Positions 23,166 through 32,128 of a DNA stretch of 64,000 nt are shown here, in pieces. The notes beneath the pieces were generated by a model that saw only the letters and a list, made by a program, of their open reading frames with translations, was not told the DNA's origin and did not search any database. Position 1 is the stretch's first letter, and each line of letters opens with the position of its first letter. Both the position numbers and the translations under genes were made by a program. Source of the stretch: Caulobacteraceae bacterium (GTDB lineage Bacteria > Pseudomonadota > Alphaproteobacteria > Caulobacterales > Caulobacteraceae); the NCBI GenBank assembly GCA_027452265.1, contig DAIDGR010000080.1, positions 2,021 to 66,020 on the forward strand, in the 5' to 3' direction.

Positions 23166-25136
23166 TCAGAACGGGACCGGAACCGGCTTGGAGGGCGCCG
23201 GCGCCGGGGTGATGGCAGGCGGGGGCGGCGCGGGGCTGGAGCCGCCCACGCCTGGAGCGGGCGGGGCCCCGGCGGGCGGAGACCCCACGCTTGCCCCGCC
23301 GAGATCGGGCTGGGCGGCGCTCGGAATCGGCTGGGCGGCGATGCGGGGCAGGGCGGCGCTCATGAAGGCGCGCCAGATCTCGGCCGGCGCGGCCCCGCCG
23401 GTGACCTTCCTCATCGGCGTGTTGTCGTCGCGCCCGACCCAGACCGAGGCGACGAAGCCGCCGGTGAAGCCGATGAACCAGGCGTCGCGATAGTCGCTGG
23501 TGGTGCCGGTCTTGCCCGCGAGGTCGTAGCCGCTGATCGCCGCCCGGCCGCCTGTGCCCGAGGCGATCACCTGGCGCATCATCTGGGTCATTTCGCCAAG
23601 GGCCGGCTCGCCGATGACGGCGGTGCGCTGGGGTGGACCGTGATCGTACAGCACCTTTCCCGCAGCGGTGCGGATGCGCTGGATCCCGTAGGGAAAGACC
23701 CGCTGGCCGCCATTGGCGAACGCGTCATAGGCGCCGGCCATCTCCAAGGGGCTGACGCTGACCGCGCCCAGGGCCATGGAGGGGTCGGTCTGGATCGGCG
23801 AGAGGATGCCCAGGGCATGGGCCGTACGGGCGACATTGCTCGTGCCCACCTGATCGGCCAGCCGCGCCGCCACGGTGTTGATCGACTGGGCCAGGGCCGT
23901 CTCCAAGGTAATCGGACCGAGATAGCGGCCGGTATAGTCGCGGGGCGTCCAGCCATGGATCGTCACCGGCTCGTCCACGGTCATTTCGCTGGGCGTGTGT
24001 CCCTGAACCATGGCGGTGAGATAGACGAACGGCTTGAAGGCGGAGCCGGCCTGCCGCTCGGGGACGGCGCCGCGGTCGTATTGGCTCTCGGCATAGTCGG
24101 CGCCCCCGACATAGGCGCGGATGCGGCCATCGCCGTCGAGGCCGATCAGGACGCCCTGCTGGACTCCCTGGGCGGCGTGGGCCTGGACGCCCGCGCCGAT
24201 GGCCTGCTCGGCGAGCGCCTGGATCGGCAGGTCGAGCGTCGTCTCCACCACGAGGTCTTCGGTGGGCTCGCCGAGCCTCGCGCGGACCTGGCCGTCCAGC
24301 CAGTCGACGAAGTATTGCGCCCGCTGATCGGCGAGGCGTGTGGAGACGTGCACGGGCTGGGCGAAGGCCTGGTCGCGCTGGGCGGCGGTGATGGCGCCCA
24401 TCTCGTACATGTCATTGATCACGAGGGTGGCGCGTTTGGCCGCCCGGGCGCTGTTGGCCGCGGGGTTGTACCGCGAAGGCCCCTTCATCGTCGCCGCCAG
24501 GAGGGCCGCCTCGCCAATGCTGAGCTGGGCGGCGGGCTTGTTGAAATAGCGCTGCGCGGCGGCCTCGATGCCATAGGCGCCGCCGCCAAAATTCACCCGG
24601 TTGAGATACAGGGCGAGGATCTGGGCCTTGGAGAAGTGCGCTTCGAGCCACACCGCCAGGATCAGCTCCTGGATCTTGCGATGATAGGTCTGGGCCGGGT
24701 TGAGGAAGAGATTGCGCGCCAGTTGCTGGGTGATAGTCGAGCCGCCGCGCAGGGGACCGCCGGGATGGCTGAAATTGAAGGCCGCCGAGCGGAGCATGCC
24801 CCACGGGTTGAAGCCGAAGTGATGATAGAACTGCTTGTCCTCGATGGCCACGAAGGCGGCGGGGACGTAAGGCGGCAGGGTGCTGAGGTCCACAGGGGGC
24901 GAGTACTGGCTGCCACGCACCGCGATCAGCCCGCCCGAGCGATCAAGATAGCTGATCGAGGGCTGACGCTTGATCGCATAGAGCTTGGAGGTGTCGGGCA
25001 GGTCGCGCGCCTCGATGGCCACGACGATTACGCCGGCGATCACCGCCCAGATGCCCAGGATGGCGGTCCAATAGACGAGGGCGCCGACAAAGGTCCGCCC
25101 GCGTCTGTTTGACGATCCAGAGGGGGATCGAGCCAT
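23166..25136 (-). CDS. Class A penicillin-binding protein (transglycosylase/transpeptidase, PBP1A family)
   Basis: GT51 motifs [38 protein letters not shown]; transpeptidase motifs [16 protein letters not shown]; Pro-rich tail. Confidence 0.95.
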   Translation of the reverse strand: MARSPSGSSNRRGRTFVGALVYWTAILGIWAVIAGVIVVAIEARDLPDTSKLYAIKRQPSISYLDRSGGLIAVRGSQYSPPVDLSTLPPYVPAAFVAIEDKQFYHHFGFNPWGMLRSAAFNFSHPGGPLRGGSTITQQLARNLFLNPAQTYHRKIQELILAVWLEAHFSKAQILALYLNRVNFGGGAYGIEAAAQRYFNKPAAQLSIGEAALLAATMKGPSRYNPAANSARAAKRATLVINDMYEMGAITAAQRDQAFAQPVHVSTRLADQRAQYFVDWLDGQVRARLGEPTEDLVVETTLDLPIQALAEQAIGAGVQAHAAQGVQQGVLIGLDGDGRIRAYVGGADYAESQYDRGAVPERQAGSAFKPFVYLTAMVQGHTPSEMTVDEPVTIHGWTPRDYTGRYLGPITLETALAQSINTVAARLADQVGTSNVARTAHALGILSPIQTDPSMALGAVSVSPLEMAGAYDAFANGGQRVFPYGIQRIRTAAGKVLYDHGPPQRTAVIGEPALGEMTQMMRQVIASGTGGRAAISGYDLAGKTGTTSDYRDAWFIGFTGGFVASVWVGRDDNTPMRKVTGGAAPAEIWRAFMSAALPRIAAQPIPSAAQPDLGGASVGSPPAGAPPAPGVGGSSPAPPPPAITPAPAPSKPVPVPF

Positions 25137-25270
25137 GCGTCCTGTTCACCCCTCTCAAACGCCCGGGTGCGTCGCCCTGCGCCTCCTGTAGAACACCAGG
25201 CGTGTTCGCGGAATCCGCGAAGACCCGAAATCGCAGATGATCTTGAGGTCCTTCCGCAGGGGCCAGAGCG

Positions 25271-25300
25271 TTGGGCGGGCCTTGGGCGGGCCTTGGGCGG
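25271..25300 (+). repeat. 11-bp tandem repeat (about 2.7 copies) in the PBP/recQ divergent region
   Basis: TTGGGCGGGCC TTGGGCGGGCC TTGGGCGG. Confidence 0.8.
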
Positions 25301-25364
25301 ACTGGGAGGCGGCGCGTCCGAGGTTGCGCTTCCGAGGACCTGGACCGCCTGCCATAACCTCGAC

Positions 25365-27248
25365 GTGACCCCGAATCGCGCCGCCCTTCACCTCGTGCCC
25401 GACCCCGGGCCGCCCGTCTCCGAGGAGCCTGACCCTGGGGCGCCCGACCTCGAGGCCGCGCGCGCGCTTCTTCGCCGGGTGTTCGGTCACGCCGACTTCC
25501 GGGGTCTCCAGGGCGAGGTGATCTCCGAATTGCTGGCGGGACGCAGCGCCCTGGCCGTGCTGCCCACCGGCGGCGGCAAGAGTCTGTGCTACCAGGCGCC
25601 AGCCCTGTTGCGGCCTGGCGTCGGGGTGGTCGTCTCGCCCCTGATCGCCCTGATGGCGGACCAGGCGGAGGCCATGGCCCAGCTCGGGGTGGCGGCCGGC
25701 CGGCTGGACTCCGGCCAGAGCCCTGAGGCGCGGGAGGAGACCTGGCGGCGGCTGCAGGCGGGGACGCTGGACCTCCTCTACGTCTCGCCCGAGGGTCTGA
25801 TGCAGGGCTGGGCTCTGGAGCGGCTCGGCCGCGCGCACCTATCCCTGATCGCCGTGGACGAGGCCCATTGCGTCAGCCAGTGGGGTCACGATTTCCGCCC
25901 CGAATATCGCGCCCTCGGACGTCTCGCCGAGCTGTTCCCTCGGGTCCCGCGCCTTGCCCTTACGGCCACGGCCGACGCCCGGACGCGCGAGGACATCCGT
26001 CGCCAGCTTCGCCTCGAAGAGGCCGCCGAATTCGTGGCCAGCTTCGCCCGCCCGGAACTGGCCCTGTCCGCCCAGCGCAAGAGCGGCCGGGGTCGCAGCG
26101 AGGTCGTCTCCCTGGTCAAGGCGCGTCCGGGCCGATCGGGCATCGTCTATGCCGGATCGCGAGCGGCGACAGAGGAGCTCGCCGCTCGCCTCGCCGAAGA
26201 GGGGGTCATGGCGCGCGCCTATCACGCCGGTCTCGACCGCGAGACGCGGCGCGAGCGTCTGGCCTGGTTCCTGGAGACCGACGAGGCGGTGATGACCGCA
26301 ACCATCGCCTTTGGTATGGGGATCGACAAGCCGGACGTCCGCTTCGTCATCCATGCCGATCCGCCAGCCTCCATCGAGGCCTATTGGCAGGAGGTGGGCC
26401 GGGCTGGGCGCGACGGCGCCGCGGCGGAGGGGCTCACCCTGTACGGGGCGGCGGACTTTGCCTGGGCGGCTGAACGTATCCGGCGGGCCGATCTGCCGGA
26501 GGACCAGGGCCGTCTGCAGACCCGCAAGCTGCATCAGCTCTATGCCCTGTTCGAGGGCGGCGGCTGCCGCGCCGCGGCGGTGCGGCGTTATTTCGGCGAG
26601 GCGGACGCGGAGCCCTGCGGCCAGTGTGACCGGTGTCTCACGCCGCCGGTGGGGGTCGATATCACCGAAGCGGCGCAAAAGGCGCTTTCGGCCGTGCACC
26701 GTCTGGGGGAGCGGTTCGGCCGGGGCCGGGTGGTCGATCACCTCCTGGGTCGCGCCGAAGCGCCGTACGAACAGAGCCTCTCGACCTTTGGGGTCGGCGC
26801 CGGGATGAGCGCGGCGGCCTGGCGCGGTGTGCTCGATCAGTTGCTGTTCGAGGGCTTGCTCGTGGAATCGCCCAATGAGGGCCGCCCGACCCTTCACCTC
26901 GCGGATCCCGACGCGGTGCGCGCGGTGTATCGCGGCGAGCGACGCCTGACGGCCCTGCAGGTCTCACCGCGCGCCAAACCGGCCACGGGCCGCCGCCGCC
27001 GCGCCGCGCTCGACGACCTCGACCCTGCGGCCCAGACCCTGTTCGAAACCTTGCGACAGTGGCGCCGCGACGAAGCCCACCGGGTCGGCCTGCCGCCCTT
27101 TTTTGTGCTCGGCAACGCCACCCTCGCCGCCATCGCCCAGGTGCGTCCGGCGAGCCGCGCGGCCCTGGCGGCCATCGACGGCGTGGGCCAGTCCAAGCTC
27201 GACCGCTATGGCGAGGCCCTGTTGGATCTGGTGCGGGGGGCGACCTGA
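25365..27248 (+). CDS. recQ: ATP-dependent DNA helicase RecQ; start probably GTG at 25365
   Basis: [54 protein letters not shown], zinc site C..R.YFGE...CGQCDRC, RQC and HRDC domains. Confidence 0.95.
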   Translation: MTPNRAALHLVPDPGPPVSEEPDPGAPDLEAARALLRRVFGHADFRGLQGEVISELLAGRSALAVLPTGGGKSLCYQAPALLRPGVGVVVSPLIALMADQAEAMAQLGVAAGRLDSGQSPEAREETWRRLQAGTLDLLYVSPEGLMQGWALERLGRAHLSLIAVDEAHCVSQWGHDFRPEYRALGRLAELFPRVPRLALTATADARTREDIRRQLRLEEAAEFVASFARPELALSAQRKSGRGRSEVVSLVKARPGRSGIVYAGSRAATEELAARLAEEGVMARAYHAGLDRETRRERLAWFLETDEAVMTATIAFGMGIDKPDVRFVIHADPPASIEAYWQEVGRAGRDGAAAEGLTLYGAADFAWAAERIRRADLPEDQGRLQTRKLHQLYALFEGGGCRAAAVRRYFGEADAEPCGQCDRCLTPPVGVDITEAAQKALSAVHRLGERFGRGRVVDHLLGRAEAPYEQSLSTFGVGAGMSAAAWRGVLDQLLFEGLLVESPNEGRPTLHLADPDAVRAVYRGERRLTALQVSPRAKPATGRRRRAALDDLDPAAQTLFETLRQWRRDEAHRVGLPPFFVLGNATLAAIAQVRPASRAALAAIDGVGQSKLDRYGEALLDLVRGAT

Positions 27249-27267
27249 GGCGCGATCCGGGGCCCGT

Positions 27268-29388
27268 TCAGACCCCGGCGGGATGGGCCTCGCTGGGATA
27301 GCCCGCGATGCGCTCCAGGGGCGGGGAGCCGCACACCGCATGTGAGGCCAGAAGGCCGCTCATCACCGTGCCCTCGACGCTGCCGATGTTGAGGCCGGTA
27401 TAGATCCAGTCCCCGGCCAGGGAGAGGTTCGAGAAGCCGCTGTCCCAGGCCTTGAGGCGCGCCGCCGTGCTGCCGGGCGGCGAGGTCACATAGCGCTCTG
27501 TCGGATCGATATTGGCGCGCCAGAATTGGCTGTCGAAGCGGGCCATGCCCCGGGCGTCCGGCGTCTCCGGGGCGACCAGCCGGTCGAAGTCGAAGCCGAA
27601 CGGATCGCCCGGCGGCGACCAGCTCTGTGTCGTCGCCTTGTCCACCAGGGCGCCCATGGCCGCCTGCAGATACTGGATCGCCTGGGCCTTCACCCGGGCG
27701 GCCTGGCGGCGCGGATAGTCGTGATCGGTGAACGGAGGTTCCGGCTCGTCCGCCGTCATCAGGCCGCAGAAGTACCAGAGGCCGCGCGGCGCGGCGGTGT
27801 CCGGCCAGTCCTCCAGGGGGATCAGGTCGGCGAACTCGCCATGGCCGTTGAACGGGTTGAGGAACGTGGTGGAGAGCACGCTCTCGCCCGGCTTGAGGGC
27901 CCCGCGCCATCCCAGCTCATGGACGCTCTTGTCGACCCAGATCTGCATGGCCTGGGTGAGATGGGCGGGCAGGGCTTCAACCATGGCGCCCCACCGGGGG
28001 TCGGCTGCGATCAGCTCCTGGCAGAGATGCGGAACCGCGCCGATCGACAGGGCGAAGACCAGATGGTCGAAATCCTCTCCCGAATTGAGGATCAGGCGCC
28101 CGGCCGCCGGCCAGGGGGTCCACCAGCTTTCGAGGTCGGGCTTCAACCGCTCCAGCGCCTCGCCCTCGACCAGCTGATCCGCCAGCGGCGCCTCGGGCCA
28201 GGAGGGCAGCCCCTTGACCGCGATCAAGGGCTCATAGACCGCATGACCGGGCTTGAGCGTCGCCTGAACGGCAAGCTCCACCGCCGCCACGCTTCGCCCG
28301 TCCGGCGTCAGGCGCAGGCCCTCGACCTTGTGGAAGAATTCGAAGCGGACGCCCCGTCGGCGCAGCACCTCGTAAAGCGGGGCGATCAGCGTCTCGCCGG
28401 ACCCGGCGGCAAAGCGCCAGATGAAGTCGCCGATATAGGCGAAGGCGTGCAGCGCCCAGTGCACATAGACCCCGGCGGCCATGCACGGCGGGCGCGATGT
28501 ATCGCCGTCAGGGTACTGATAGGTCATATTGATATAGTTCAGGGCCATGGGCGAGGCGATGGTTTCGGGACGGGCGCCGTGGCGCGCCAGCCAGTCGCTG
28601 TAGGTTTCGGCGTCGAGGTGGTCATAGCCCCGGGTCGGCACGTCGTCATCCAGCGCGCCCTTGATCAGGGTCAGGATGAAGTCCACCACGATCAGGCTGC
28701 GACGCAGAGGGGCGAGACCCGAGGCCAGGGGGAAGAGAAGGTCGCGTAGAGGACGCCAGAGATCGGCGACCAAGGTCACCGCCGGGTGGGCCGCGCCGTC
28801 CTGAAGGTCCTGCGCCAGGGTCGCGGCCAGGCGCTCGATCAGGCTTCGCAACCTCGTCTTGAGCGCGGCGGTCAGGGCCCCAGACGCGGTGTCGATCTCC
28901 AGGGCGGCGTCGCCCAGGCCGCGGACGAGCCCGGCCATGGCCCGGGCGAAAGCCGGATCGGCGGCCTCCCTGGATTGCGGCTTCAGGTCATTGGAGGGGA
29001 AGCGCTGGCGCCAGGCCACCGGTCGACTGTCCACCGCCTCCCACAGAATGCCGAAGTCGTCGCGGCGAAACGCTTCTTCGAAGCTCGCCAAGGGCGCGCC
29101 GGATGGACGGCCCAGCTCGGCATAGATCTCGGCGAACAGGGGCAGGGCGTTCCAGTAGCTGCCCAGGAAGCCATGGATGCCGTGTTCCTGAATGCGCCTG
29201 TGAGGTCCACGCGACGAGGCGCACTTGCCGCCCAGCCGCCAGCCGATCTGGTGGACGGTGACGCTCTCGAAGCGGTCGCGCCAGGCGGGGTCCTCGGTCA
29301 GGCCGTAGGCGGTCACCAGTCCGGCGATCCCGCCGCCCAGTATGACCACCTTGGGTTTTCCCGCCGTCCCGGCCTGGTCACTCGGCAT
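27268..29388 (-). CDS. FAD/NAD(P)-dependent oxidoreductase of the amine oxidase / carotenoid desaturase-like superfamily; function unknown
   Basis: N-terminal GGGIAG dinucleotide fold, RLGGKCAS, IQEHGIHGFLGSYWN (PDS/ZDS-like EHG.H.F.G.Y.N), C-terminal NLSLAGDW...G.VEGTVMSG; GGAG RBS. Confidence 0.8.
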   Translation of the reverse strand: MPSDQAGTAGKPKVVILGGGIAGLVTAYGLTEDPAWRDRFESVTVHQIGWRLGGKCASSRGPHRRIQEHGIHGFLGSYWNALPLFAEIYAELGRPSGAPLASFEEAFRRDDFGILWEAVDSRPVAWRQRFPSNDLKPQSREAADPAFARAMAGLVRGLGDAALEIDTASGALTAALKTRLRSLIERLAATLAQDLQDGAAHPAVTLVADLWRPLRDLLFPLASGLAPLRRSLIVVDFILTLIKGALDDDVPTRGYDHLDAETYSDWLARHGARPETIASPMALNYINMTYQYPDGDTSRPPCMAAGVYVHWALHAFAYIGDFIWRFAAGSGETLIAPLYEVLRRRGVRFEFFHKVEGLRLTPDGRSVAAVELAVQATLKPGHAVYEPLIAVKGLPSWPEAPLADQLVEGEALERLKPDLESWWTPWPAAGRLILNSGEDFDHLVFALSIGAVPHLCQELIAADPRWGAMVEALPAHLTQAMQIWVDKSVHELGWRGALKPGESVLSTTFLNPFNGHGEFADLIPLEDWPDTAAPRGLWYFCGLMTADEPEPPFTDHDYPRRQAARVKAQAIQYLQAAMGALVDKATTQSWSPPGDPFGFDFDRLVAPETPDARGMARFDSQFWRANIDPTERYVTSPPGSTAARLKAWDSGFSNLSLAGDWIYTGLNIGSVEGTVMSGLLASHAVCGSPPLERIAGYPSEAHPAGV

Positions 29389-29450
29389 GTCGGGCGACTC
29401 CTCCGGCGACGACCTTCCGATGGCAGGATGAGCCAGACCCCGCGGCCTGG

Positions 29451-29568
29451 CTAGAGCGGATTTCGCACAGACGGAATCGCGATCGCAGTCGCCATCCGCT
29501 CTAGATTCAAACGTTTACGCGCCGTCTGACCGCCCAGACCGTTCCCATCTGGTCGGACGGCGCTCTAG
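29451..29568. repeat. CIR/RIME-like ~118-bp composite double-hairpin intergenic element with two GANTC sites
   Basis: CTAGAGCGGAT (29451-29461) pairs with ATCCGCTCTAG (29494-29504). Linker ATTCAAACGTT. GCGCCGTCTGACC (29519-29531) pairs with GGTCGGACGGCGC (29551-29563), and the element ends CTAG. GAATC at 29474, GATTC at 29504. Confidence 0.75.
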
Positions 29569-31280
29569 CCGCTCCAGCCCACCCGGCGCAGAGCGCGGGC
29601 ATAGCGCTCCACCAGGGCGGCGTCGGCGAGGGGCAGGCCCAGGCGCATCATATCGAAACTATAGACGGGCAACAGCCGCCGGCCCTCGGCCAGGGCCAGG
29701 CGGGCCGCCTCGAGATCGCCGGCGGCGCTGCGACAGGCGGCGAGCATGTAGTGCAGGAAGAACTGGTGCGGGCTGCGGGCGCAGGCGTCGGCGGCATGGG
29801 CCGCCGCCTCGTCATAGTGGCCCGTGATGAACCGGGCGAGCGCCTTGGTCCGGAACCACAGGAACGCGTGGGGATCGTTCGGCCCCTCGCTGATGGCCGC
29901 GTCGGACCAGGCGATGGCCTCCTCCAACTGGTTGGCGTAGAGGCTGAGGCGGCCCATCTCGCCGGCGGCGGCCGGCAGATAGGGGTTGAGGTCCAGGGCC
30001 AGCCGCTGCTCGGCCAGGGCCTGGTCGACCCGGCCCATCATCGAAAGGACGACCCCCAGAACGCTGTGGGCATAGGCGTCGCCTGGGTCGAGACCGACGG
30101 CGCTCATGGCATAGCCATAGGCCCTCTGGATATGCGCGTGGGGGTCGGCGACCACGCCGGTCCACACCTGTCCCAGACAACACAGGGCCATCAGCGTCAG
30201 GGTCGGCACGTCGCGGGGGTTGAGGTCATGGGCGCCGCGGAGCAGGTCCAAAGCCGACTCGAAGTCTTCCGCCTTGGCCCGCCAGAAGCGCCAACGGCCG
30301 CGCAGAAAAAGGCTCCAGGCGTCGTCCGGAGGGTGGTCCCCGCTCAGGGAGCGCGTGGCTTCGTGGTCCAGGAGGGCCGGCTCGATGCGCCCCGCCACCG
30401 CCGCCACCAGGCGCTCCAGCCCCGCGCCATTGGCGTCCAGGGCCTGTTCGTGACGGCTGGACCAGACCGCGCGATCCTCCCGGGCGCAGTCGAGCGTGAC
30501 CAGGGTTTTGAGCGTCTCACCGTCACGCCGCACGTGGCCCTGGATCAGATAGTCGGCCCCCAGTTCGGCGCAGAGCTGGGCCGTGCTGGGGCGCGTCGCC
30601 AGGCGTGTGGCCCCGGTGGAGCGGATCATGATCAGGCGCGACCGGGCGAGGGCGGTCGCCAACTCGCGCGCCAGGCTCCGAGCGAAGCCCTCCTCTTCGG
30701 CCAGGCTCGCGGCCGTCTCGAACGGGGTCACGGCCAGAACCGGCCTGCGGCGGCTTGTGATCGGCTCGAGGCGCTCCGGGCTCGCCGCCTTGGCCGCCGC
30801 CGGCTCGGCAGCCGGGCTGCGCAGACGCGAGCGCAAGGCCAGGCGGCGCTCGCGGCGCCAGTCCTGAAAGCCCTCCTCGCCGACAAGGCGCAGACCCTCC
30901 AGAAAGTCATCCGCCGAGCGGCCGTGCGCGCCGCCCTGGTCGGCCAGGTCCTCGGCGATCAAGGCGTCCACCCGGACACGCGTGAGGTCCAGGCGCACGC
31001 GATCGCGTTCGGTGATCAGGATCGCGTCCGCGTCGGACCCGCCGGGATTCAGAAGCTTGCGCAGCTCCGACAGTTCGCGCCTGAGACTGCCCCGGGCCTG
31101 GGCGTCCTGGCGTGCGCCCCACAGCTTTTCCTGCAGCCAGCCGCGGGAGCGCTCCCCTTCCAGGGACATGGCCAACATCGCGATCAGGGCCATGCCGCGC
31201 TTGCTCGACACGGGAACACGCCGACCGCCGGGATCGGTGAGCCGGAAGGGCCCCAAGAGCTGCAGTTCGTAACCCCCCAA
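29565..31280 (-). CDS. Putative transcriptional regulator: N-terminal winged helix (SARP/OmpR-like), TolB_N-like middle domain, TPR repeats
   Basis: LQLLGPFRL...KRGMALIAML...SRGWL.E.LW......ARGSLRRELSELRK; middle domain RPVLAVTPF...FARSLARELATALAR...LGADYLIQGHVRR; C-terminal TPRs (A..LNP, AV.LDP.DAYAH). TTG start. Confidence 0.78.
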   Translation of the reverse strand: MGGYELQLLGPFRLTDPGGRRVPVSSKRGMALIAMLAMSLEGERSRGWLQEKLWGARQDAQARGSLRRELSELRKLLNPGGSDADAILITERDRVRLDLTRVRVDALIAEDLADQGGAHGRSADDFLEGLRLVGEEGFQDWRRERRLALRSRLRSPAAEPAAAKAASPERLEPITSRRRPVLAVTPFETAASLAEEEGFARSLARELATALARSRLIMIRSTGATRLATRPSTAQLCAELGADYLIQGHVRRDGETLKTLVTLDCAREDRAVWSSRHEQALDANGAGLERLVAAVAGRIEPALLDHEATRSLSGDHPPDDAWSLFLRGRWRFWRAKAEDFESALDLLRGAHDLNPRDVPTLTLMALCCLGQVWTGVVADPHAHIQRAYGYAMSAVGLDPGDAYAHSVLGVVLSMMGRVDQALAEQRLALDLNPYLPAAAGEMGRLSLYANQLEEAIAWSDAAISEGPNDPHAFLWFRTKALARFITGHYDEAAAHAADACARSPHQFFLHYMLAACRSAAGDLEAARLALAEGRRLLPVYSFDMMRLGLPLADAALVERYARALRRVGWSG

Positions 31281-31551
31281 CGCCTTCCTCTCGTGCGGTT
31301 GCCGTCACACCTATCAAAGGCAGAGCCTGATTGAGGATTCGCGCGAAGTCACGGTTTTTCACGCTTGAGTTCGATCTGGTCGTGGCTACGGAACATCTCG
31401 CCGCGCGCCGCGTTCGGGCTGGGCGCGCGGGACAAAAAGGCGCTCCGTGTCCCCGATAGGCGCCGGGCGCCTGAGAGGGCTGGATTTCCAGCTCCGACTG
31501 GGACAGAGCAGAGACGGGCGCGGCTGCAATTACGGCCTCGGAGGATGTGTG

Positions 31552-32076
31552 GTGGTGAAGGATGCGAGTCGGACCCGAACTTCATCTCGCCGCAAGGCGG
31601 TGAAGGCGAACCTGACCGAGATCGAACAGACGCTGGACGCCGCGGCCAAGACCGTCAGCGCTCGCGCGCGGCAAACCGCGCAAAAGGCGCGCGCCACGGC
31701 CAAGAAGGCGGGCGAGGCCCTGCGCGCCGCCGAGGCGCAGGCGGCTGAAGCCCTCAGCCCGAGCGCCGTCGACAAGGCCGCCCGTCAGGCCCGCTCCACC
31801 GCGGCCGCCGCCCTCAAGACCGTGTCGCGTCAGGCGCGCGCGGCCGAGGCGCAGGCCGCCGAGGCGCTGGCGCCGGAAAAGGTGGAGAAGGTGGTCAAGG
31901 CGGCGCGTGCGGGGGCCCGGGGCGCCCTGCGCGGTGCTTCGGCCAAGCTCAAGGCGGCCGAGGCGGAGCTCAAGTCTGACGCGCCGAAGGCGGGCGAAGA
32001 CGCCCGGCCGCGCGGGCTGCTCGCGGCCCTGGTCCTGGTCGCCCTGGCCTTTCTGGTCTCGTTGATCCTGGCCTGA
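31552..32076 (+). CDS. Ala/Lys/Arg-rich helical protein with an internal repeat and a C-terminal membrane anchor
   Basis: GGAGGA RBS at 31540-31545 then GTG. RAAEAQAAEAL occurs twice, 38 aa apart. Hydrophobic tail GLLAALVLVALAFLVSLILA*. Confidence 0.7.
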   Translation: MVKDASRTRTSSRRKAVKANLTEIEQTLDAAAKTVSARARQTAQKARATAKKAGEALRAAEAQAAEALSPSAVDKAARQARSTAAAALKTVSRQARAAEAQAAEALAPEKVEKVVKAARAGARGALRGASAKLKAAEAELKSDAPKAGEDARPRGLLAALVLVALAFLVSLILA

Positions 32077-32128
32077 TCTCGCACGCGACTTCACCTCCGG
32101 CGGGGTCAGAGATGGGGCGCTGTTGGGC

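Noticed and set aside
25191-25207. Possible LexA (SOS) box upstream of recQ; also looked for upstream of recR
   Set aside because: The arrangement is an inverted GAAC...GTTC with a 9-bp spacer, not the alphaproteobacterial GTTC-N7-GTTC direct repeat. No such box was seen upstream of recR.
31365-31748. TTG-start ORF (MSSIWSWLRNISP...) divergent from the regulator, considered as a possible small peptide or RiPP precursor
   Set aside because: No RBS, it overlaps the better-supported Ala-rich gene in another frame, and no modification enzymes or transporters are adjacent.
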